Positions 49,585-58,179 of a DNA stretch of 64,000 nt are shown here, piece by piece (the stretch's first letter is position 1; each line of letters starts with the position of its first letter). The position numbers and the translations under genes were made by a program. The notes beneath the pieces were generated by a model, which was not told the origin of the DNA, did no database searches, and worked only from the letters and a program-made list of their open reading frames with translations. The stretch comes from Candidatus Iainarchaeum sp. (lineage in GTDB: Archaea; Iainarchaeota; Iainarchaeia; Iainarchaeales; JAZDFD01), in NCBI GenBank assembly GCA_043808155.1, contig JAZDFD010000023.1, forward strand, positions 1-64,000, given 5' to 3'.

Positions 49585-49815
49585 TTATTTGTTTTTATCT
49601 TTAAGTAATTCTAAAGCAGGCACTCTTATTTCTTCCAGCATTGCTCTTGATTTTTTAGGAGATGAACCAAAACTAATTTCTTTGGACTCTATTCCTTCAG
49701 CTAATGAATCTATTTCATTCATCTTTACTTTAAGCTCTTTAATTATTTTCAGAAGTCGTTTTTTCTTTGCTTCGCTGAGACTTGTATTGTCATTTTCCAA
49801 ACACACCACGTCCAA
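49585..49815 (-). CDS. Small hypothetical protein
   Basis: 76-aa ORF co-oriented with DUF192; start codon uncertain. Confidence 0.5.
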   Translation of the reverse strand: MDVVCLENDNTSLSEAKKKRLLKIIKELKVKMNEIDSLAEGIESKEISFGSSPKKSRAMLEEIRVPALELLKDKNK

Positions 49816-49897
49816 TAGTATTATGCAACTGCTCTTTTAAAGGATATCTTTTTAAAGCCTCAGTGGCATCTATTATTCTTAGTATTATAATCACTTC

Positions 49898-50608
49898 TTG
49901 GTGTGCATTGTGGAACTTCAATCTATAGCATTTATCCCTGATGGTAATCGCAGATATGCGCAAAAAGCAGGCATTTCGCTTATTGAGTCTTATCAAATGG
50001 GGACGCAAAAAGCATGGAATGTTTTGGACTGGCTTGTGAAATACCCCTCAATTAAAGCAGGCACTTTTTTCACACTTTCTCTTGAAAATCTTTCAAGAAC
50101 GAAACAAGAATTAAACATTCTTTTCAAAATTTTTGATAAGGAACTTGATAAAGTAAAAACAGATGGTATTTTTGAAGAACATAATTTGAAATTAAATTGT
50201 ATTGGACGAACAGAGTTATTTCCGGAAAAACTAAGAAATAAGATGAAAGAAACTGAAAAATATACTGAAAATTTTGGTCCAAAAGAAATTAATTTAGCTC
50301 TTGGTTACAACGGACAGACCGAAATAATTGATGCTGCAAAAAAACTAGCACAGGATTATAAAAATAATGAAATTTCTCTTGATTCAATTGATGAAACGTC
50401 CTTTGGAAACTATCTTTATGGCGCATCATTAAATCCGGATTTCATAATCCGTACTTCCGGAACACAAAGACTTTCCGGCTTTCTAACTTATCAGTCTGCC
50501 TATTCTGAACTTTATTTTTCTGATAAATTCTGGCCTGAATTTCAGGAATCTGATTTAAAAATTGCAGTTGATGATTTTTATTCAAGACAAAGAAAATTTG
50601 GAAAGTAA
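49898..50608 (+). CDS. uppS: cis-prenyltransferase (polyprenyl/undecaprenyl diphosphate synthase)
   Basis: IPDGNRRYA, SLENLSR, IRTSGTQRLSGFL, YSELYF..WPEF. Confidence 0.93.
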   Translation: MVCIVELQSIAFIPDGNRRYAQKAGISLIESYQMGTQKAWNVLDWLVKYPSIKAGTFFTLSLENLSRTKQELNILFKIFDKELDKVKTDGIFEEHNLKLNCIGRTELFPEKLRNKMKETEKYTENFGPKEINLALGYNGQTEIIDAAKKLAQDYKNNEISLDSIDETSFGNYLYGASLNPDFIIRTSGTQRLSGFLTYQSAYSELYFSDKFWPEFQESDLKIAVDDFYSRQRKFGK

Positions 50609-50641
50609 TTTAAAAAGTCTCTTTCAAAAATTAATTCTCAA

Positions 50642-50714
50642 AGCCCCGTAGTGTAGCGGCCAAGCATACGAGCCTCTGGAGCTTGTGACCGGAGTTCGAA
50701 TCTCCGCGGGGCTA
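50642..50714 (+). tRNA. tRNA-Gln (CUG)
   Basis: Acceptor AGCCCCG/CGGGGCT; anticodon arm CGAGC-CTCTGGA-GCTTG; T arm CGGAG-TTCGAAT-CTCCG; no encoded CCA. Confidence 0.95.
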
Positions 50715-50733
50715 TCCTAACTCGGCGTTCCGA

Positions 50734-50875
50734 GTGTGAACATATGTGTCCTATCTTCGATAGGACGGTAATATTTTTCTATCAAAAAATTACAGGGGTT
50801 TACAAGGGGACGGAGTCCCCTGTGTGTGAACATATGTGTCCTATCTTCGATAGGACGGTAATATTTTTCTATCAA
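50734..50875. repeat. Two identical 52-bp hairpin-containing direct repeats, 90-bp period
   Basis: gtgtgaacatatgtgtcctatcttcgataggacggtaatatttttctatcaa at 50734-50785 and 50824-50875. Confidence 0.9.
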
Positions 50876-50932
50876 CAAATTTCAGGTTATTTTTTAATTA
50901 ACTTTAAAAAACATTTGGTTTCCTTTCATATA

Positions 50933-51745
50933 ATGTCTGTTGATGATAAGAAATTGAAATATTGGTTTGACGAACGTATAAACTGCCATGATACTTATTA
51001 TTATGAGGGTTATTATGGTCCGCATATGTGGAAATATATACGCGCTAAGCTACGACCCTATTATTCACACTTTAAGTCTGTTTCTAAAAATGCAAAAATT
51101 CTTGATGTGGGATGTGCAACAGGTCATCTTTTGATTGGTCTTTCAAGGTTTTACTTCCCAGACGCAACTCTTTATGGAGTTGATATTTCTAAAGGCATGG
51201 TAAAAGTAGCTAGTGATAAAGCGAAACAAATTAGTGCAAAAAATGTTTCTTTTCAGGTGGGAGTCGCAGAAAAACTCCCTTTTAAAGATAATGAAATGGA
51301 CATCGTTTTTTGTAATGCCGTAATTCAGCACATTCCAAAAGAAAGGCACAAACTAGTTGTGAAAGAACTTTTCAGAACTGTAAAACCTGGAGGTTATTTA
51401 TGCATTGAGGTGCCAAGCTCATTGGGGTTTTCAGGAAAATCCACTAGCGTTGAAATAATCAAGGAAACTGATAAAAGAATTATTTATGAATATCAATTCT
51501 CACGTTCTGAATTTATAGACCTTTTCAGTATTCTCAATAAAAATGACTTTAAAATAGTTAATTTCTCAGGAGCAGAAGCTTGGGGACTTAAAAAAATAAT
51601 GGGTGTAACAAGAAGATTGAATGAAAAATATGGTTTGCCAAAATGGATGCTCTGGTTTATAACAATCCTGCAGATGAAAATTGTCGGCGCTTCATTGTTC
51701 CCTAGCTTATGGCGTGGCTATAAAGTAATAATTAGAAAGAAATAA
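50933..51745 (+). CDS. Class I SAM-dependent methyltransferase
   Basis: ILDVGCATG, GVDIS, AEKLPF, VKPGG. ATG 50933 preferred because the ORF-track start 50744 lies in the DNA repeats. Confidence 0.88.
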   Translation: MSVDDKKLKYWFDERINCHDTYYYEGYYGPHMWKYIRAKLRPYYSHFKSVSKNAKILDVGCATGHLLIGLSRFYFPDATLYGVDISKGMVKVASDKAKQISAKNVSFQVGVAEKLPFKDNEMDIVFCNAVIQHIPKERHKLVVKELFRTVKPGGYLCIEVPSSLGFSGKSTSVEIIKETDKRIIYEYQFSRSEFIDLFSILNKNDFKIVNFSGAEAWGLKKIMGVTRRLNEKYGLPKWMLWFITILQMKIVGASLFPSLWRGYKVIIRKK

Positions 51746-51785
51746 ATTTAACTTTTAAAAAACCCATTTTTTTAAAATTAGATTA

Positions 51786-52661
51786 TCAAAATTTATTTTT
51801 GTCAGTATTTATTTCGATTCCACTAGACCCTATTTTGTATGGCACCATTTTTTTGACATGCTCACTAGACCTGAGTTTTAATATTTCAAGTGCGTTTTTT
51901 CTGAAACCTTCATGTTTTACATTATAAAGAACAACAACTGCGTCTGCTAAAAATTCCTCTACACCTGTTTTGCTGTATATTTTTGGATTTTGCTGCGTTT
52001 CTGCAATAACAAGGTTTACTGAATTATAACTTTCTAAAAATTCAAATAACTCTCTTATATATTTTCGGTAATTGTCCTCATCTTCAAATGCAATAGATAA
52101 TGCTGAAAGAGAATCAAGGCATATTCTGTCTGGTTTAAATGGTAATTCAATGTTTTGTATTTTTATTTTAAGTGACCCGCTCTTCTCTGCAATTTTGCCT
52201 TCCACAGTTCTTGCAATTTTTGCAGGATCTAATTTAAGAAATGCAAATACACCCTGCTTTTCAAGTTTATAAAAATCCCATCCAAAATTTTTTAGCATGT
52301 GTTGTTTTATTTTTGCAGGTTCTTCCTCAAAGGAAATAAAAATGCCTTTTTCCCCTTTAAGTGCACTATAATACATGGATTGTAATGCAAAAGTTGTTTT
52401 ACCAGTGCCAGTACCCCCAGAAATCAGGGTTGTAGAACCGCGTTCTAAGCCACCATCTTTAATCAATCCATCAAATTTATCCACGCGTATGGGCATAATT
52501 TCAATTGTTTTGGGAATATCAAACGTTTTGTCTATTTTGGGTCTTTTTTTTGGGATTTTTCCCGCCGTGGTTTCTTCTGGATTTTCTTGTATATTTTTCA
52601 GGGCATTTTTACTTTTAAATGCATTTAAAATTTTTTCAATGTAATTTTCCATGGTTCTCAC
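51786..52661 (-). CDS. KaiC/RecA-superfamily single-domain ATPase
   Basis: GGTGTGKT, SFEE, RICLDSLS, EEFLADAVVVL, LEILKLRSSEH; likely ATG 52652. Confidence 0.88.
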   Translation of the reverse strand: MRTMENYIEKILNAFKSKNALKNIQENPEETTAGKIPKKRPKIDKTFDIPKTIEIMPIRVDKFDGLIKDGGLERGSTTLISGGTGTGKTTFALQSMYYSALKGEKGIFISFEEEPAKIKQHMLKNFGWDFYKLEKQGVFAFLKLDPAKIARTVEGKIAEKSGSLKIKIQNIELPFKPDRICLDSLSALSIAFEDEDNYRKYIRELFEFLESYNSVNLVIAETQQNPKIYSKTGVEEFLADAVVVLYNVKHEGFRKNALEILKLRSSEHVKKMVPYKIGSSGIEINTDKNKF

Positions 52662-52673
52662 ATGTTTTAAGAG

Positions 52674-53870
52674 TTATCTTCTATTTAATATTTTCTCAAT
52701 TTCTGCCTTTCTTGATTCAAATTCAGCAAGCTTTTTGTTATATGTATTTTTTTGTATCTTATTCCTCTCAAAATAGTCTTTTTGCAGTTCTTTAATCTGG
52801 CTATTTAGGTGTTTTTTTTCTTTTTGTAGATTATGGCTTTCCAGATTTTTTTTAAATCTAGGATAAATGACTAATCCCAAAATGACAATTAAAATAAATG
52901 CCAAAATAAAATAGCCTGTTTCTGAAATTAATGATGAAATAAAACCGCTTGTTACAAGCAGATTAACTTCTTCGGTTGCATGATTTCCAAATTTGTCTTC
53001 AACTGAAATAATTATGTTTTCTAATCCCAAATATTCGTCTGATACAAACAGACTTCCAGAATATAGCTTATTTGTTTTTTTATCTAAAGTTAATTGATAA
53101 TTGCCTATTTGAACTTTAGTTTCCCCATCAAATTCTTTATTGTTAAAATATGTTATTTCTGCCTCCACTATTAACTGACTTCCGGTTTCAATACTTGGTT
53201 TATCTGGTTTTAATACATTAATTTTGAACTTTGAATTTTCAATTTCTATGTCTAATTTTGCGTCTCCGCCTATTTTGTCAGTTTCCGTTTTTTCCTCTGC
53301 AGTAATTCTTATCTGCCATTCTGCTGTATTTGCATCAAGTGGGATTGTGTATTCTGCTGAGTAAATGCCTGTATTTTGATATTCTAGTTTTTGTTTTTGT
53401 CCTTCCAAATCCCAAAAGATAACTTCTGCATCCTCAACAGCATTTCCTGCATCTGTTATTTTTACGCTTATATCTAAATCTTCATTTTTGTAATACGACT
53501 CTTTCCCAGGGCTTAAGAAAGTAATAACTAAAAATTTGCTTTTTTTAGTAGATTTTACTAAAATTTTTTGAGATTTTAATTCATTACCCTGTTCGGAATA
53601 AATTTCCCAATAACCTTCAGGGTCTAAAAATGACACTTCGTATTCTGCAAAGTATTTTCCAAATTCATCGCATTCTAATGATTTCTCAAAAACAAACCGG
53701 TCATAATTATTTGCATAAATCTTAATACTGCCTTCATCACATTCACCTAGTATTTGTAGTGTATCTTCTTTATTTATTTCAGTTTGATTAAGGTTAAGTG
53801 TAAGTGCATGTACTGATGTTAAAAAAATTAGAAACATCAATACTATCAAAATTGCATTATTTTTACTCAT
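52674..53870 (-). CDS. Surface protein with Ig-like repeats, C-terminal TM and short cytoplasmic helical tail
   Basis: Signal peptide; TM FILAFILIVILGLVIY; tail LQKDYFERNKIQKNTY. Confidence 0.75.
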   Translation of the reverse strand: MSKNNAILIVLMFLIFLTSVHALTLNLNQTEINKEDTLQILGECDEGSIKIYANNYDRFVFEKSLECDEFGKYFAEYEVSFLDPEGYWEIYSEQGNELKSQKILVKSTKKSKFLVITFLSPGKESYYKNEDLDISVKITDAGNAVEDAEVIFWDLEGQKQKLEYQNTGIYSAEYTIPLDANTAEWQIRITAEEKTETDKIGGDAKLDIEIENSKFKINVLKPDKPSIETGSQLIVEAEITYFNNKEFDGETKVQIGNYQLTLDKKTNKLYSGSLFVSDEYLGLENIIISVEDKFGNHATEEVNLLVTSGFISSLISETGYFILAFILIVILGLVIYPRFKKNLESHNLQKEKKHLNSQIKELQKDYFERNKIQKNTYNKKLAEFESRKAEIEKILNRR

Positions 53871-55626
53871 TTTTTTCCAACTCTTTTAATTCTGCATCTA
53901 TTTTATGAATCTGATTTTCATAATCATCCATTAATTCATTATATTCAGTTTCCTGAATTGAATTTTCTTTGAAATATTTTTTCTGAAGATTTTTTTGTAA
54001 AGAAATTATTGTTTGTTTTCTTTTTTTAAGTTGTTCAGTCTTTTTCTTTCTGAAAACAATTTTTCCTACACGCGGTGCTAAAATAACTAAAATTGCCGCA
54101 ATCAGAACAATTAACAAAACATTTTTTTGGATTAAATAAAAAACATCAGTTCCGGCAACATCAATACGTTCTTCGCCCTTACCTATATTTTCTGATTTAT
54201 CTTTGGCTTCAAACTGAATTTTAATATTACCTGCATCTTCCTCTTTAAGGACATATAATGTAGAATAGATTCCTGCAGCTATTTCTTTTAGATTAAGCTC
54301 TGTTTTATTGATTAATGCCTTAACATCTGCACCGCGGACTGGTTCATCATCAGGATATCTAACTTTAATTTGAATTTCAATATTTTCTCCTATCTTGTAT
54401 AAGCCCATCTGCGGCTTTATAAGATCAAGAATAAGCCCGCTTTTTTCAATTATTATTTCAAAATCTTTTGTTCCCTGTAAAGAATATTCCTGATTTTCTT
54501 TTTTTGCATTTATTGTGAAGTTTTGCATTTCTAAAGGCATGTCTGAATTTATTTTATAAACTGCAGAATATTGACCCTCTTTTAGTTCATTAAGTATTAC
54601 TGACTCATCCAAGGGGCTTATCATTTTTACATCTGCCCCTGTAATTAACTCCTCAGACTCATTTTTAATTTCAACAATAAATTCTAAATTTTCACCACGC
54701 GAGTAAGTTGATTTTAATTCTTTTATCAGTTCTATTTGTAAAAATTCATTCTTTCTTTCTTCAAAAACCTGCACTTCTTTTTCAATGTATACATAGTTAT
54801 TGTTTTTATCTGTTCCCCGAACTTTAATAATCCACGTTCCTTTTGGATCAATAAGTGAAGTATGGTATTCGGTCTTAAAAACTCCGTTTGAATCTGATTC
54901 AATAGCTGTTTCAAAAATAATATTTTCATTTACGCTGATATTAACGTCTAGTGGAATCGAAATTTTGTTATTTTTTCTTTCAACAAAACCAGTTATTTCA
55001 ATTAAGTCACCCAGATTATAGTATTCTTCTGAACTAAAATCGCCCCCAAGCTGAGTTTCTACAGTTATATTAAAATCTATTATTTCATAAATTCCTCTGA
55101 ACACCGCCCCCACACTTACAGGATATATTTCTTTCTTTTGACTGTCACTAATTGTCACATAAACCCCATAAACTGAATCAAATGCTTTGTTGTCCTCATG
55201 TTTTCCGTCGTTTTTCAGCATAATTGATTTAAAAAAATCCGTGCTTTCTGCATTAACATCTGACCCTGCTGCACTTCTTCCATGCGCAGTCACATCTGCT
55301 TTAATTAGAAAAGTTTCTCCTCTGTAATAAAAATCATCAGCCTCAGGTTTTAGAATTTCTATATCTACTTTTGTTGGTGTACAATCCGCGGGGCAATTAC
55401 CAAAATCTTCAAAATACTCCCCTGAATCTTCGCATATATCATTGCCACAGCAATTAGGTTCAATCACTACTCTGCAAAAACCTTCATCAGAGTCCCATTG
55501 CAATTCTTTGCATGCGCCGTAAGAACCACTGCATAATGATTCATCTTCAAAATAAATAGTTAAAGCAGAAACATAACTCACAAATAAAATAACAAAAAAA
55601 AGAATTATCATTGACCTAAATTTCAT
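53863..55626 (-). CDS. Surface protein with Cys-rich motif and Ig-like repeats, TM and cytoplasmic tail; paralog of 52674..53870
   Basis: Signal peptide; CCGNDICE..NCPADC; DGKHED..DSVYG; tail LQKKYFKENSIQETEY. Confidence 0.75.
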   Translation of the reverse strand: MKFRSMIILFFVILFVSYVSALTIYFEDESLCSGSYGACKELQWDSDEGFCRVVIEPNCCGNDICEDSGEYFEDFGNCPADCTPTKVDIEILKPEADDFYYRGETFLIKADVTAHGRSAAGSDVNAESTDFFKSIMLKNDGKHEDNKAFDSVYGVYVTISDSQKKEIYPVSVGAVFRGIYEIIDFNITVETQLGGDFSSEEYYNLGDLIEITGFVERKNNKISIPLDVNISVNENIIFETAIESDSNGVFKTEYHTSLIDPKGTWIIKVRGTDKNNNYVYIEKEVQVFEERKNEFLQIELIKELKSTYSRGENLEFIVEIKNESEELITGADVKMISPLDESVILNELKEGQYSAVYKINSDMPLEMQNFTINAKKENQEYSLQGTKDFEIIIEKSGLILDLIKPQMGLYKIGENIEIQIKVRYPDDEPVRGADVKALINKTELNLKEIAAGIYSTLYVLKEEDAGNIKIQFEAKDKSENIGKGEERIDVAGTDVFYLIQKNVLLIVLIAAILVILAPRVGKIVFRKKKTEQLKKRKQTIISLQKNLQKKYFKENSIQETEYNELMDDYENQIHKIDAELKELEKNE

Positions 55627-55677
55627 ATAATCACATATTAATTAACATTGTCTAATTTAAAGACTATGGCCAATTTA

Positions 55678-56910
55678 CTATTTTAAGTATTTGAAATAGA
55701 CATAAACTGCAATTAAAATTGCAATTATCACAACTGCAATTAATGTAAAGTCCATTTCAGGAGGCTGTGTTGTTCCAATGTTTTGACATTCTCCTGAAAT
55801 ACAAACTTTTCCAAATCCACAGTTTGTTTGATCAGGAGCATTAATATGTGAACATTGATTATTTGTGCATCTGTCGATTGTGCATTCTTTATTATCGCTA
55901 CATTCTGAATCGCTAGCACAAACTATAACTGGAGGTTCTTCACCAGTTGGTGTTTCACCAGTAGGTTCTTCACCAGTTGGTGTTTCTTCCCCCGTACCGC
56001 AATCATCTGGACAGTTTTCTGAATTCTCACCTTGAGTTCCGTCACAAATATCATCCCCGCAAACAACACCTGGTTTGCAGTCTTCAGGACAACTCTCGAC
56101 ATCTTCAGTATTTTGACATGTTCCGTCTCCGCATTTGTCTGTTGTTTCTGATCCACCAGCTTCATAAGTACAGGTTATTGATGCAGCGCTGCTGTTATTA
56201 TCTGCATTATCCCGTACTTTCACGTAGTATGTTTGAGTAAATGGCAAACCCGTGCCTGCACCAATGCTAAAGTTATAAGATGTATTTGTACTGTTATCTG
56301 TCCATGTGCTGTTGTTTGTAGACACCCAGTAATCTTGAACACCTGCACCTGCTTCAGTAGCAGAGTATGTCAGAATAGTATATGGAAGTATTGATGTACA
56401 GGGCGTAGCGTTTGTAATTGCAATACTTGGATTTGTATTATCAACTATGAATGTATTGTCACTTGCATTAAAATCTGTTTCAACATCTGCAGCTGCTTTT
56501 GCTGCATCAAATACTTTAATCAAAATATAATATGTACCGTCACTTACACTGGTTGATACAATATTCCAATCCCATGTGCATGTTGGTGAAGTAGTAAAAT
56601 CCTCGCTTGTACATTTTGCTTCCGCTGTTGAAAGATTCAAATCTGCTTTAATAACTGTTCCGCTACCTTCTGCACTTGTGGTAGAATAATTAATGTCTAC
56701 CGTCAGCCGATTATTGTCTGAATCAGTTACAACAAAAGTAATTGTCAGATTCTCATCTTCGGCATATGAAAAAGAAGGTATTGTTGTGTTATCGGGATTT
56801 CCGTCAATTTGAGTTACATTAACATCTGGTGCAGCTGCCCCTGATGCACCTACAAAGCTAATAAGCTGTATTAATAAAAAAGAAATCAAAACTATTTTTC
56901 CTAAATTCAT
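55678..56910 (-). CDS. Surface glycoprotein with Cys-rich CGDGxC repeats, GEEPT linker and C-terminal TM
   Basis: ATG 56910 gives MNLGKIVLISFLLIQ (signal peptide); CGDGTC..SCPEDC and CGDDIC..NCPDDC; TM followed by K residues. Confidence 0.78.
   Translation of the reverse strand: MNLGKIVLISFLLIQLISFVGASGAAAPDVNVTQIDGNPDNTTIPSFSYAEDENLTITFVVTDSDNNRLTVDINYSTTSAEGSGTVIKADLNLSTAEAKCTSEDFTTSPTCTWDWNIVSTSVSDGTYYILIKVFDAAKAAADVETDFNASDNTFIVDNTNPSIAITNATPCTSILPYTILTYSATEAGAGVQDYWVSTNNSTWTDNSTNTSYNFSIGAGTGLPFTQTYYVKVRDNADNNSSAASITCTYEAGGSETTDKCGDGTCQNTEDVESCPEDCKPGVVCGDDICDGTQGENSENCPDDCGTGEETPTGEEPTGETPTGEEPPVIVCASDSECSDNKECTIDRCTNNQCSHINAPDQTNCGFGKVCISGECQNIGTTQPPEMDFTLIAVVIIAILIAVYVYFKYLK
55930..55995 (-). 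repeat. 15-bp coding tandem repeat (GEETPT/GEEPT linker)
   Basis: Repeated ttcaccagt(t/a)gg units. Confidence 0.65.
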
Positions 56911-56955
56911 GGTAAGTATTACTTTAATGATATATATAAAACTAATGGTTCTCAT

Positions 56956-58098
56956 TCAGCTTCTCAAAAACCCCATTAAGGGACCCAATAAAAACCAAAA
57001 TCTCGGAGATGTTGCCATTTTTCCCAAGAATTTAGATGGTTTATCCATATCCCCGTGTTCAGTTAAAAATTCTTCAATTCCTGCGTTTTTTAATTTTGCA
57101 AACATTTTATTCATGTATTGTTCATTCTGATTCTTAAGAAAATTCTGCATTTTCCAGTGAATAAGAAGTTCTTTGTTCAGATCTTTTAAGTGTTTTTGAT
57201 AATTTTTCAATGGTTCTTTTCTTTTGAAATGATTTGAAACAGTTTTTGCACAGGCTTCTGCTGCTGTTAAACCAGTAACAATTCCCCCGCCTGTTGTTGC
57301 CTTTGTCTGAAATGCAGCATCTCCAACAAGCATTAAATTATCTTTAACTGCTGTTTTTAGTGGTTTTGAAATTGGAATAAGAAAACTTCGTGTATCACTT
57401 AACTCTGATCCAATGTGATTTTTTTCAAGAAATGTTCCAAAATTTTTTGAAATATTTTCCCCAAGAACATTTCCTAGTCCAACACGCGCTGTTTTTTCAT
57501 TTTCAGGAATAACCCATGCGAAAAAACCCTTTGCAAAATCACCAAAATATAATCTAACAATGTCTTTTTCGAATTCACCTTCCATTTTTCCCTGAATCGT
57601 GTGTATGAAATTACTGGGTACTGTGTTCCCAAACATAATATGTCTTACTGTTGATGTTGCGCCATCTGCACCAATTATTATTTTTGATTTTTCCATTTCG
57701 CCTCGTCCATTAGCTTCAATAAAAACAGAATTACCACGCACATTCATCAATTTGTTTTTAAGTCGTACATCAAGCCCTATTTTCATTGCTTCTTTGTAAA
57801 ATATTCTGTCAAATTTTGCCCTGTCAACGACATAAGCAACTGTATCTTTTCTTTTTACAAATATTTCGTTGCCTCCAGGAGAATAAATTTTCGCGCCTTT
57901 AATTTCGTTGATTAAACAATCATCTAATTTGATTCCATGTTCCTGCATACCTGTTTTTGAAAATAAACCTGAACAATTAGCTGGTTCCCCGATTGCGGAG
58001 TGTTCTTCTAAAATCGAAATTTCAAAACCTTCCCGTTTCAAAAGTAGTCCTGTTTTCAAACCTACAGGCCCGGCCCCAGCGATAGTTATTGCAACCAT
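56956..58098 (-). CDS. Geranylgeranyl reductase family FAD-dependent oxidoreductase
   Basis: GAGPVG, CSG, IIGADG, FFAWVIP, LVGDAA...TGGGI; ATG 58098. Confidence 0.88.
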   Translation of the reverse strand: MVAITIAGAGPVGLKTGLLLKREGFEISILEEHSAIGEPANCSGLFSKTGMQEHGIKLDDCLINEIKGAKIYSPGGNEIFVKRKDTVAYVVDRAKFDRIFYKEAMKIGLDVRLKNKLMNVRGNSVFIEANGRGEMEKSKIIIGADGATSTVRHIMFGNTVPSNFIHTIQGKMEGEFEKDIVRLYFGDFAKGFFAWVIPENEKTARVGLGNVLGENISKNFGTFLEKNHIGSELSDTRSFLIPISKPLKTAVKDNLMLVGDAAFQTKATTGGGIVTGLTAAEACAKTVSNHFKRKEPLKNYQKHLKDLNKELLIHWKMQNFLKNQNEQYMNKMFAKLKNAGIEEFLTEHGDMDKPSKFLGKMATSPRFWFLLGPLMGFLRS

Positions 58099-58179
58099 GT
58101 TAATCTCTCTGCATATATTACTCAAAAGGATATTTTAAATATCTTCGCAATTAAAAAGAAAAAGAGAAATAATTGGGCA

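Noticed and set aside
50734-50875. CRISPR array
   Set aside because: Only two units, 52 bp is long for a CRISPR repeat, the spacer is itself a hairpin, and there are no cas genes. Kept as a repeat finding.
50744-50932. Repeated N-terminal peptide of the methyltransferase
   Set aside because: It is an in-frame translation of the DNA repeats; ATG 50933 after a TATA-like box is the more plausible start.
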